A stretch of DNA of 64,000 nucleotides, taken from contig JALVQA010000009.1 in the NCBI GenBank assembly GCA_027031495.1, forward strand, positions 16,898 to 80,897, read 5' to 3'. The notes under the pieces were generated by a model. The model did no database searches. It saw nothing but the letters and a program-made list of their open reading frames with translations, and was not told the origin of the DNA. Shown here one piece after another: positions 46,145-55,412 of the stretch (position 1 is the stretch's first letter; each line of letters starts with the position of its first letter). The DNA is from Candidatus Moraniibacteriota bacterium (GTDB taxonomy: Bacteria; Patescibacteriota; Minisyncoccia; Moranbacterales; GCA-2747515). Position numbers and translations under genes: made by a program.

Positions 46145-48271
46145 TTATCTAATCTTCTTTGCCAAAAGACGCTCACCATCTATAACTTGCATTGCAATTT
46201 TGTCCAATACTCTTTTATTAGTTTTAACCCACTCTTTCTTATTTATTTTGTCTTCACTATAACTGTTTAAAAATCTCTTATAAGAAATATACTTATAACC
46301 TAATTCATCAAAATCACCAATTTGTACTGTATCAACAATTGGAATAATATCATGCTGCAAATATTCTATAAGTTTGGTTGGGCAAGCTGCGCGATTCACA
46401 ATAACATCTTCACGCAACACGAGTCCAAAATCAGCCTTGTTGTACCAATATTTTACATCGTCTGGTCCGGCAGATATAACTATACCTGGAAATGATTCCC
46501 GAAACTTCTTAGTATAAATGTCTTTTAATTCATCTGGCTGAGGAACAAGAAATACAAAATCATATCTTTTCTGTAGAGAATGCACAAAATCAAGCATCTT
46601 GTGTACTTGTTGCCACTTCTGTAATCCGCCGCAATAGATAATAACTTCTTTATCTTTTATTGATTTCATTGTTGGCTTTGCGCTCCCGCTAGAGGAAGTC
46701 GGAAAGATTGGCAAAAGTAATATTCTTGATTTTTTAAGGAAAGAATACTTACATCTTAAGTGCTTTGCCATCATATTTGTGACAACAATAACTACATTAG
46801 CTCTTCTAATAGCAAATTTTTCTATTTCATTAAAATCTTTGTAGCCAATTTTGTCACCATGAAAGAGAAACTCTTCTGGAACAACACCGTGAACATCAAG
46901 AATTCTTTTTCTAGCAGTTCTGAAAAGAATTCTATGCAATTTAGAATTTAAACGAAGAATACTATGCAAATAAATCCTCCCAGAAAGAATGTGCACAATA
47001 AGAAGAGCAAGAAATCCTATCGGATTCTTCTTATTAATTGATATTTCAAAGGTGTTAGCATTAATTTTGTTAATCATTCTAAAATCATTGCGAGATATCT
47101 TCCCGGAATAGTATCTTACATAAAATTTTAGGTATACTGACAATATTTTATCGATAGCATTAACTCTCTGAAAGTAGCCATCTTTTAGATCATCTTCGGT
47201 AGGATAATGTACTAGAAATAATATTTTTCGCGTTAATACGATATATGATATCCTTTTGTATCGTATATGTATAAAACGCCATATTCTATTCAAAAGATTA
47301 TAGAAACGTAACGATGCTTTTATAAAAAGGCTATCGCATTTCTGAGTTATATTTGTTAAGTGATCGATTGTACTCACTATTATCTCGTAGTAGTTGTCAA
47401 AAACATTCTTCGCATACTTATCATCATTATGCGACAGTAGAAAATGCATATCTTGTTTGAAGCCAAGATATGGTAAAAGACTCCTGTCTTTCCAAGTAAT
47501 ATTGTGCTTATATTCAAATATAGTCTTATTCTTCTGCAAATGTCGCATTAGTTTGCGCACTGGAATTTGCGAAAAAGATGCGGTACCCCAATGGTATAAG
47601 AAAACGTCTCTTGCTATGTGCATTTTGAATCCTGCATTTAAAATGCGCAAACAATAATCATCGTCTTCGAACGCACCGCGCCCGAAAATCTCATCAAGAT
47701 ATCCCACCTTCAAAAATAGCTCACGCGTCCCGATAAAACAAAAAAAACCTAGAAAATTCGTTTCTTTTACAAAATTCTCAAATAAGATATACCTTTTTTG
47801 AGCAAATTTATTAATTTTTTCAAAGTTATTATCGCAAGAATCCAATTGTAAATCTGTAGCAATTGTTTGCTCATTTCCACAAGCATTTGTTACGGGACCA
47901 ATCGCATCAGAATCATGAGCAATTAGACGGTCTAGCCAGTAATCAGTAAGAATAACATCACTATTCAATAGGCAAATATGTGTAATATCATCTTCTTTAA
48001 GAAATTTTTTGATACCAATGTTGTTACCACCTGGAAAACCAGTATTATGATTCATTCGAATTAACTCATCGTCAAAATCGACGCGCTCTTTCTTTAATAA
48101 ATCAAACGCACGTTTAATTTTTTTAAATTCTGCCAATCTTGATGCATTGTCAATAACACAAATACTAAAACGTGTATCATTCTTTGCGCGCACCAAAGAA
48201 TCTAAACACTGCTCAACAACATCAGCTCTATTATAAGTGAGTATGACAATGCCAACTCTTATCTCATTCAT
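46145..48271 (-). CDS. Two-domain glycosyltransferase (GT2 plus GT4-like)
   Basis: N-terminal IDNAS, GF.GGNN, LLNSD, EDDD; C-terminal DVHG.VPEE, ACPTKL.EY. Confidence 0.88.
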   Translation of the reverse strand: MNEIRVGIVILTYNRADVVEQCLDSLVRAKNDTRFSICVIDNASRLAEFKKIKRAFDLLKKERVDFDDELIRMNHNTGFPGGNNIGIKKFLKEDDITHICLLNSDVILTDYWLDRLIAHDSDAIGPVTNACGNEQTIATDLQLDSCDNNFEKINKFAQKRYILFENFVKETNFLGFFCFIGTRELFLKVGYLDEIFGRGAFEDDDYCLRILNAGFKMHIARDVFLYHWGTASFSQIPVRKLMRHLQKNKTIFEYKHNITWKDRSLLPYLGFKQDMHFLLSHNDDKYAKNVFDNYYEIIVSTIDHLTNITQKCDSLFIKASLRFYNLLNRIWRFIHIRYKRISYIVLTRKILFLVHYPTEDDLKDGYFQRVNAIDKILSVYLKFYVRYYSGKISRNDFRMINKINANTFEISINKKNPIGFLALLIVHILSGRIYLHSILRLNSKLHRILFRTARKRILDVHGVVPEEFLFHGDKIGYKDFNEIEKFAIRRANVVIVVTNMMAKHLRCKYSFLKKSRILLLPIFPTSSSGSAKPTMKSIKDKEVIIYCGGLQKWQQVHKMLDFVHSLQKRYDFVFLVPQPDELKDIYTKKFRESFPGIVISAGPDDVKYWYNKADFGLVLREDVIVNRAACPTKLIEYLQHDIIPIVDTVQIGDFDELGYKYISYKRFLNSYSEDKINKKEWVKTNKRVLDKIAMQVIDGERLLAKKIR

Positions 48272-48282
48272 AGTGTATTTTT

Positions 48283-50622
48283 TTATAAAAGCTCTTTATA
48301 TAATTTATCGTACTGTTTTGACATATTTTCTACAGTATATTTCTCCTTGATTTTTTTGCGTCCTTGCAATGCTTTTTTGCGCCATGTTGTATGATTACGA
48401 TACATCGCAACCATAGCATTTTTAATGCTATCGATATTCTTAATATTTTTATCGTTAGTATAAAAATTATGCACATCTTTTGGAGATATATCTGAGACAT
48501 CATTATACGGATTATCTACTATAATGCCAATGTCAGAATCATTAATTACATCTCTTGCAGATCCAATATCCGACAAAATCATTGGCAACTGCGCATACAT
48601 TGCCTCTAAAACAGCAATGCTACAACCTTCAATAAGTGATGGCATAATAAAACAGTCTGACATCTGTAATATGCTCATAACCTTTTTCTTCGGCATATAT
48701 TTCATAATGCGAATATTTTTGTCGAGATGCCGTTTTTTAATCTCACTTGCTATATAATCATAGCATGATTTGTCCAAAATATTGCCCATAAAAATCATTT
48801 TGAACTTTGGATATTTTTCAATGAGCCGATCCATTGCAACGACCATGCTAATATGGAATTTATGCCAGTTAAATGAAGCAATATTAATAAAGATAAAATC
48901 ATCTTCAGAAAATCCATATACATCACGGCATCCTTTTTCAAAATTTTTCACTAAATCTACATTGATACCATTTAATATAACAGAAATGTTATCTTTTTCG
49001 ATATGAAATTTTTCTGTGAAGTATTCCTTTACCTGACTTGAAACAGCAACAAACCGATCAATGCCCGCATAAAACCTCTTTCTAGATTTAATAAATTCTT
49101 TGTCAGCCCAGATATAGTTGTTATGTATCGTGTAGACACTTTTAATACCCAATTTTCTATATATATCGAAACCAAAATCACTGTAGTGAAAATGTATAAT
49201 ATCGGGTCGGTATTTATTTAGCACTTTCTTTAAAAGAAACCTGTTTCCATGTAGATTAATTACGTTAATTCCGCTTTTTTTTGCAACTTTTTCCATGTAC
49301 CCATTCTTACCAAATGATGCAATTACACAAACATTGTAGGTTTCTTTAAGTGAACGAGCCAGAGCAAAGACAACCTCTTCTAATCCACCTTTATCAAAAG
49401 AATGCACTTGCAAAAAAATTAATTTCGCTTTTCTTTCATTAAAATGTAAACGTTGTTGATTTATTGACAAAAGAGCGTGAAAGAATAAAATACCATTTTT
49501 TATGTTGGTTAAAGGCACATACTTCATTAAACAAAAATTCTTGGTTTTTTCTTTGCAATGCCTTACAAAGATATTCGGTTTCTTTATAACTCTCGTAATA
49601 TTTTTTTTATAACGAACGTACACATTTCTCAATTGCCAAAATTTTGATGATTTCATATATCGAATTTCAAAATCTTTCTGTGCATTCACTTTTTCTTGCT
49701 CAGCTATCTGTTTTGAGAGTTGTGCATTCACTTTTTCTTGCTCAGCTATCTGTTTTGAGAGTTGTGCATTCACTTTTTCTTGCTCAGCTATCTGTTTTGA
49801 GAGCTTATTTATTTGTTCCAAAAGAATGTAGAATTTTTCATCTCTTTTTGTTCCTTTGTTTAAAAAGGCATCACTTGCAAGATTAACAACGTCTTCATAA
49901 CTAAAATCATCACTACCAGTCAAAAAAACCACCTTATTATGACGTAATTTATCACTGATAAAATTAGCTATTTCTCGTTGCTTTGCGCTATCCGTATAAT
50001 CAATATTTAAAAAATCACAAACTCTTCGTAATTCTTTATGCGCATCAACAAAATAGTTATCAAAGAATGTAAAAATCCTATCTTTGCCTTTCGTGTATTT
50101 TAAAATTGATCTAATATACGTTAACCACAACATTATACCATCGTCCAGGTTAATGCCATCACGCTTGTGTAATGACGCCGCTACATTTGCTGGATGCCTA
50201 ACAGGAATCACATATTTCATATGCGGAATAACTTTTTGCCAAAAAGGAAGCGTCAACGACGTTCTCGGCTCCTTAAATCCCCAAATTTCATGTGCACCAT
50301 TCATTTTTTTAACAACTTCTCGTGCTCTTTCATACAACTGATTTAATCTCTTATCGTCTTCCCATTTATCAAGAAGTCTTGGCGGCATGTCCCACGTACC
50401 GCCAAAGGTTTCGAGTATCTTTTCATTAATATGAAGAATTTCTATATTCTCCCAATGTCCCTTTATATTTTCACTATAACTCTTTGTCATGATGTTTTTC
50501 TCATCACCAAGAGATAGGCCACAAATATTCAAAAGGCGTGTTATCATTGACGTACCACTTCTGTGCATTCCCAGTATACAGACAACTGTATTCTCTTTCC
50601 TGTTCATAATTTTGTTCAGCAT
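48283..50622 (-). CDS. Sulfotransferase + coiled-coil + GT4 glycosyltransferase fusion
   Basis: GMHRSGTS (PAPS loop), KEPR, RHP..VA.SL; heptad repeats; GGLE and EG.SIAVLEAM GT4 motifs. Confidence 0.88.
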   Translation of the reverse strand: MLNKIMNRKENTVVCILGMHRSGTSMITRLLNICGLSLGDEKNIMTKSYSENIKGHWENIEILHINEKILETFGGTWDMPPRLLDKWEDDKRLNQLYERAREVVKKMNGAHEIWGFKEPRTSLTLPFWQKVIPHMKYVIPVRHPANVAASLHKRDGINLDDGIMLWLTYIRSILKYTKGKDRIFTFFDNYFVDAHKELRRVCDFLNIDYTDSAKQREIANFISDKLRHNKVVFLTGSDDFSYEDVVNLASDAFLNKGTKRDEKFYILLEQINKLSKQIAEQEKVNAQLSKQIAEQEKVNAQLSKQIAEQEKVNAQKDFEIRYMKSSKFWQLRNVYVRYKKNITRVIKKPNIFVRHCKEKTKNFCLMKYVPLTNIKNGILFFHALLSINQQRLHFNERKAKLIFLQVHSFDKGGLEEVVFALARSLKETYNVCVIASFGKNGYMEKVAKKSGINVINLHGNRFLLKKVLNKYRPDIIHFHYSDFGFDIYRKLGIKSVYTIHNNYIWADKEFIKSRKRFYAGIDRFVAVSSQVKEYFTEKFHIEKDNISVILNGINVDLVKNFEKGCRDVYGFSEDDFIFINIASFNWHKFHISMVVAMDRLIEKYPKFKMIFMGNILDKSCYDYIASEIKKRHLDKNIRIMKYMPKKKVMSILQMSDCFIMPSLIEGCSIAVLEAMYAQLPMILSDIGSARDVINDSDIGIIVDNPYNDVSDISPKDVHNFYTNDKNIKNIDSIKNAMVAMYRNHTTWRKKALQGRKKIKEKYTVENMSKQYDKLYKELL
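49679..49803. repeat. Perfect 42-bp tandem repeat x3 encoding (LSKQIAEQEKVNAQ)3
   Basis: Units start at 49679, 49721 and 49763. Confidence 0.97.
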
Positions 50623-50626
50623 TTTA

Positions 50627-51694
50627 TCAATCAACAAATATGCTTTTTCTACTCTCCAAATACGCCACAACCTCTTTCCGCATAAATTTATCAGGAATTT
50701 CTTCTTTTTCGATCAGTCTGCGACGCAACTCTGTACCGGATAAAAAGACTTTGTCATCATCTGTGTGCGGACACGTACCATCAGGCGTCATGTTCTCACA
50801 CTTTTTACAATAACACACATTGTTATATTTGAATATTTTAATACAAAGTTCATCCTCACGAAACCGCTTGAAAATATTTTGTGCATCATACGTACCATAA
50901 TAATTGCCGACACCGGCATGGTCGCGTCCGATAATCATGTGCGTGCACCCAAAATTTTTCCGTACTTGCGCATGGAAAACAGCCTCACGCGGACCGGCAT
51001 AGCGCATATAGGTGTGAAATGTTGACAATTCAACCGTATCTTTTTTGTAGTAGCGCTCAATGAGAATGTTATAAGCGCCGATGATGTATTCATCCTTGAT
51101 ATCACCTTCCTTTTTTGGCCCGATAACCGGTTGAATAAGGAGACCATCTACCTGTGCTAGAGCACGTTTTTGCAAGAATTCATGTGAGCGGTGTGGTGGG
51201 TTGCGTGTTTGAAACGCAACAATATGCGTCCAAGCGTGTTTCTTAAAGATCTCCTTCATTTCTGCCGGTGTTTTGTAGTATGGATACGTATTTTTAAATT
51301 CGCGCCCGACAACACGATCTACGTTGCCGCCGACAAAGTATTCCTTCAATCCATATAACCGCGCAACGCCGGGATGTTTTTTGTCGGTTGTGCCATAAAG
51401 TGCCTGCGCCATGCGATCACGATCAATTTTATAGATACTTGGTTTGGAAATATAGAACTGTTTACCTTCTCTGTTTTCAATAATAAAATCGTTGTCACCA
51501 ATCTCTTCTTTTTGCTCACGTGTTATGTCAAGAATAATTGGCATCGCCCATATGCGTCCATCTGTCAGACGGAAATGTGTGGCAATGCTCTCAAAATCGT
51601 CCTTGCCCGTAAAACCTTTTAGTGGCGCGTAAACACCATCAGCAATATTGCACGCCTCTTGCATGACAACATCATCAACAAGTATTTTCTTCAT
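50627..51694 (-). CDS. sat: Sulfate adenylyltransferase (Sat type)
   Basis: FQTRNPPHRSHE, MRYAGPREA.FHA, GRDHAGVG, LSGT. Confidence 0.95.
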   Translation of the reverse strand: MKKILVDDVVMQEACNIADGVYAPLKGFTGKDDFESIATHFRLTDGRIWAMPIILDITREQKEEIGDNDFIIENREGKQFYISKPSIYKIDRDRMAQALYGTTDKKHPGVARLYGLKEYFVGGNVDRVVGREFKNTYPYYKTPAEMKEIFKKHAWTHIVAFQTRNPPHRSHEFLQKRALAQVDGLLIQPVIGPKKEGDIKDEYIIGAYNILIERYYKKDTVELSTFHTYMRYAGPREAVFHAQVRKNFGCTHMIIGRDHAGVGNYYGTYDAQNIFKRFREDELCIKIFKYNNVCYCKKCENMTPDGTCPHTDDDKVFLSGTELRRRLIEKEEIPDKFMRKEVVAYLESRKSIFVD

Positions 51695-51701
51695 ATCTTT
51701 A

Positions 51702-52490
51702 TCATTCTCTAGAGCAGAGTGTCATATCACCGTTTGTTACAATATAGCCGTTGCGTAATTTTGTGTTGGCACAATTATAAAAAATTCTGCGCCCTTTTTT
51801 GTCACAAATATTCCCGCCGGCTTCACGCACAATAACATCGCCGGCGCAAATATCCCATATACCGCTTTTATCACTGGAGTTAATGTAGAGCTCCGCCTCA
51901 CCTGCTGCAATTTTGCACATTTTAAGACCTGCTGATCCCATGGGAATAGGCCGCATACTATACAGGCGAGCGATGTCTTGCTCCCATGTGCCCAGATGAT
52001 TTCTGCTTGTTAGAATTCTGCCACCCTTTAGTGGTTTTTTGCTGACAAAAATGCGTTCTTTCACAGAACCTCTTTGCAAGAAAGCGCCCGTATCACGGAT
52101 GGCATAGTACAGAACATCCATTGCCGGTGCATACACAACGCCGGCAACAGCACACCGGCTACTATCAATCAAACCAATCATAATGCTGAAGTCACCGGTT
52201 TTTTGAATAAAATCCTTTGTGCCATCAATAGGATCAATAATCCAGATGTATTCACTTTCAGATGCCACAGAAGTATCACCACCTTCTTCACTGAGAACCG
52301 GAAAGCTATAACGTGATAATTTGTCTGTCACAAGACGATGCACTGCCATGTCCGCTGCTGTAACAGGAGATTTGTCGCGTTTCTGCTCAATGGCATACGA
52401 CGCATTATAAAACGTCAGTGCAACGTCACCGGCTGCACGCGCTATGTCAATAATGTCGTCAATTTCAATGGGAATGCTTTTTAGCGTCAT
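51702..52490 (-). CDS. cysQ: 3'(2'),5'-bisphosphate nucleotidase (PAP phosphatase)
   Basis: SPVT.AD, LSEE, WIIDPIDGTKDF, WDICAG. Confidence 0.92.
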   Translation of the reverse strand: MTLKSIPIEIDDIIDIARAAGDVALTFYNASYAIEQKRDKSPVTAADMAVHRLVTDKLSRYSFPVLSEEGGDTSVASESEYIWIIDPIDGTKDFIQKTGDFSIMIGLIDSSRCAVAGVVYAPAMDVLYYAIRDTGAFLQRGSVKERIFVSKKPLKGGRILTSRNHLGTWEQDIARLYSMRPIPMGSAGLKMCKIAAGEAELYINSSDKSGIWDICAGDVIVREAGGNICDKKGRRIFYNCANTKLRNGYIVTNGDMTLCSRE

Positions 52491-53010
52491 TGTATTTCTT
52501 TTCAATATATGCAATGATTTTTTGTACACTTTCATCAATGCTCTCCTTCTCCGTATCAACCACAATCTCCGGCTTTGTCGGCTCTTCAAAAGGATCTTGT
52601 ACGCCTGTAAAATCTTTAATCTCACCTCTCTTTGCTTTCGCATACATCCCCTTTACGTCTCGCTCCATACACTTCTTTACACTTGCCCTTACGTACACTT
52701 CCACAAAATTTTCACCAATGAGCGCACGCGCACGTTCGCGCATATGACGATACGGTGATACAAACGCCATGGAAACATTAATGCCATTGTTTGCAAGCAT
52801 TTGTGCTACATAAGAAAGGCGTTCAATATTCGCCTCTCTATCAGCTTTGCTGAACCCAAGATCTTTGCTGATTGTTGTGCGTACAACATCACCATCAAGA
52901 CGTTGAAACGGCAAATCCTTTTGACGAAAATACTCCTCAATCCCCAGCGAAAGAGTCGTTTTACCACTACATGGCAGTCCCGTAAGCCACAAAACGATAC
53001 CATTTTTCAT
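52465..53010 (-). CDS. cysC: Adenylyl-sulfate kinase
   Basis: WLTGL..SGKTT, LDGD, RDVKG.Y, FTG...P.E.P. Confidence 0.95.
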   Translation of the reverse strand: MKNGIVLWLTGLPCSGKTTLSLGIEEYFRQKDLPFQRLDGDVVRTTISKDLGFSKADREANIERLSYVAQMLANNGINVSMAFVSPYRHMRERARALIGENFVEVYVRASVKKCMERDVKGMYAKAKRGEIKDFTGVQDPFEEPTKPEIVVDTEKESIDESVQKIIAYIEKKYNDAKKHSH

Positions 53011-53016
53011 AACACT

Positions 53017-54315
53017 TTAGCGTTTTTTTGACCACTTATGTTCAATGCGCATTATACCACCACCAGCACCTTCTTTATGCACGATTTTGACAATCTTTTC
53101 GTTTATTTCCTTACACGAAATAGTATCAATAATAACAATATCATTATCACCCTTTCTCTCAAAAACAACAGCGCGTACATAGATTTCACCCATATTAAAC
53201 ACATTGTCTTTGAAGAAAATTTTGATTGTATTTTTTCCCGTGCGCCACTTGCAATCAAAATGGTCATTATGCGTATTATTGCCGCAAAGAAAAGCATCGT
53301 TACTGTTATCAAAAATTTGCACCGCAAGAAAAAGGTTTTTTCTTCGTCGCCTCACATCAACCGTCGTTTCAATACTAAACGGTTCACCATGTGCAATTTC
53401 CATCAATTCATTGCCACGTGCATCAAACAACTGTATATCTTCTATGACAGCATCTTTTTCTTTTCTTCCCTTCTCCTTGTTCTTTTTTATTTCTTTTTCC
53501 CGCTCTTCTTCTTGTCTCTTTATGTGTTCTCTCTCTTCCAATTCTTTCCTCTGACGAGCATGCATGTTTTTCGCAATATACGCATCACACACGGTATCAA
53601 CATCACCAACTTCAAGAACTGTGCCGTTGTGTAACAACAATGCGCGGTTACAGTACTCACGCACAATACCTATGTCATGCGTTACAAGAATAACTGTTTT
53701 TTCTTGGTTCTTGTATCTCTTAAAAGTATCAAGGCACTTCTTTTGAAAGTTACTGTCCCCTACCGCGAGGACTTCGTCCATCAGGAGAATGTCGCGGTTG
53801 GCGTGGATGGAGACGGCGAAGGCGAGGCGGACTTGCATGCCGCTGGAGTAGTTTTTGAGCTTCTGATCTATGAAACGTTCCAGCTCGGCGAAGCGCACAA
53901 TGTCGTTGAATTTCTTGTCAATCTCCTTGCGCGAGAGCCCGAGTACCGTCGCGTTCAGGTACACATTGTCCCGCCCGGAGAGCTCCGGATTGAAGCCAAT
54001 CCCCAGTTCCAGAAACGGCGAGATCCGCCCATTGACCGTGACGCGTCCGCTGTCGGGGCGGTAAATCCCGGCGAGGATTTTCAGGAGTGTACTCTTACCC
54101 GAGCCGTTGCGCCCGATGATGCCAAAAAACTCTCCCTTTTTAACGCTAAAACTTACTTTATCCAGCGCCTTGAATTCTTCGTACGTACGGTCGCCCTTGA
54201 AGGCACTCACAAACGCCCCGCGCAGGCTACTGACCTTCTCATGCGGGATGCGAAACATCTTGGAAACATTATGCACGTCAATTGCATTCTTTAATTGTGT
54301 CTTTTTTGTACGCAT
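53017..54315 (-). CDS. wzt: Polysaccharide ABC exporter ATPase with C-terminal carbohydrate-binding (Wzt_C-like) domain
   Basis: GRNGSGKST, YSSGM.VRLAF, DEVLAVGD, VTH, then beta-rich C-domain. Confidence 0.92.
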   Translation of the reverse strand: MRTKKTQLKNAIDVHNVSKMFRIPHEKVSSLRGAFVSAFKGDRTYEEFKALDKVSFSVKKGEFFGIIGRNGSGKSTLLKILAGIYRPDSGRVTVNGRISPFLELGIGFNPELSGRDNVYLNATVLGLSRKEIDKKFNDIVRFAELERFIDQKLKNYSSGMQVRLAFAVSIHANRDILLMDEVLAVGDSNFQKKCLDTFKRYKNQEKTVILVTHDIGIVREYCNRALLLHNGTVLEVGDVDTVCDAYIAKNMHARQRKELEEREHIKRQEEEREKEIKKNKEKGRKEKDAVIEDIQLFDARGNELMEIAHGEPFSIETTVDVRRRRKNLFLAVQIFDNSNDAFLCGNNTHNDHFDCKWRTGKNTIKIFFKDNVFNMGEIYVRAVVFERKGDNDIVIIDTISCKEINEKIVKIVHKEGAGGGIMRIEHKWSKKR

Positions 54316-54337
54316 CTTTTCGATTATAATACAGTTC

Positions 54338-55120
54338 TTATACCTTCTCTGCAATAGACGGAATCAGGCGACGATATACCCAGATGCTAAATGCAAACGC
54401 GCCGGTAAGAATTGCAACGAACAGCAGCGTCTGGTGCGCATCCGGCAAGTGGTCTTGTGTGAGCGCCATCTTGGTAAAATGCCCGATAAACGCCAGTGGA
54501 TTGAGTAAAATCCACTTATGATACTGCGCCGGCAACAGTGAGAGCGGATAGATGATCGGTGAGGCATAAAAGAGAATCTGTACTACCACATCCCAAATCA
54601 ATGCAATATCACGAAACAAAACCTGTAGTGGTGCTGCCATGAGTGAGAATGACACGATCAGGATAAACAGTGCCAGTGAGAATAAAATGAACAATCCAAT
54701 CGCCTGTAACGACGGCACGAGGTGATACAGCGCAAAAAACAAAATAATCACCGCAATATTCGCGATGTAGATTATCGCGCTATTGAGTGTTGCCGCAAAG
54801 ATAATTGCCCAGCGCGGCACATAGATTTTTGTGACGAGTTGCGACTTGTTTAGGAGTGCATTAAGACCCGCATTTGTTCCCTCCGCAAAAAAATTAAACA
54901 TCATGATCCCGACAAGTAGCTCCAACGCGTAGTAATTTGTCCCATCATTACGCATATTAAAAATAGATGAGAACACAAAGTACAGCACCGTAAATGTCAA
55001 CAGCGGTTTTAGGAGTGCCCAAACATACCCAAGAATAGACCCTTGGTAGCGTAATTTAAAATCCATTTTTGCCAGCATCCAGATGAGTTCTCTGTAGCTC
55101 TCGTGCTGCAACTCTTTCAT
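54338..55120 (-). CDS. wzm: Polysaccharide ABC exporter permease
   Basis: DFKLRYQGS.LG..W, FRD, FYASPI.Y, LNP. Confidence 0.92.
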   Translation of the reverse strand: MKELQHESYRELIWMLAKMDFKLRYQGSILGYVWALLKPLLTFTVLYFVFSSIFNMRNDGTNYYALELLVGIMMFNFFAEGTNAGLNALLNKSQLVTKIYVPRWAIIFAATLNSAIIYIANIAVIILFFALYHLVPSLQAIGLFILFSLALFILIVSFSLMAAPLQVLFRDIALIWDVVVQILFYASPIIYPLSLLPAQYHKWILLNPLAFIGHFTKMALTQDHLPDAHQTLLFVAILTGAFAFSIWVYRRLIPSIAEKV

Positions 55121-55145
55121 AAAAAATGATCAGATCAGTTATTGC

Positions 55146-55307
55146 CTACTTTGTTATGCGTCGATTGCGCCATGCGCGCACAGCAACTTTGCGCTGTCGC
55201 AACCACAGCATCCACTCCGGATGTTTGCGCACAATGTAGTTACAGATGTTTGTGATACCTAAAATGAGCAACGTCAAATAATAAACAATACGTGCTGGTG
55301 AAAGCAT
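55146..55307 (-). CDS. Putative 53-aa membrane microprotein at head of the glycan operon (below ORF-track cutoff)
   Basis: MLSPARIVYYLTLLILGITNICNYIVRKHPEWMLWLRQRKVAVRAWRNRRITK; lies between a TG-T-TATACT -10 (about 55343-55351) and wzm. Confidence 0.45.
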   Translation of the reverse strand: MLSPARIVYYLTLLILGITNICNYIVRKHPEWMLWLRQRKVAVRAWRNRRITK

Positions 55308-55412
55308 GTGTTTTTTGTTTTAACTTAACAGTACACAACGATAGTATAACATATACTTTACGCGTGGAATATTAAAACACTCTCCATGCAATAAATGTAT
55401 CCACTTCTACCA

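Noticed and set aside
49679..49803. CRISPR array
   Set aside because: Head-to-tail repeats without spacers, in frame within a CDS
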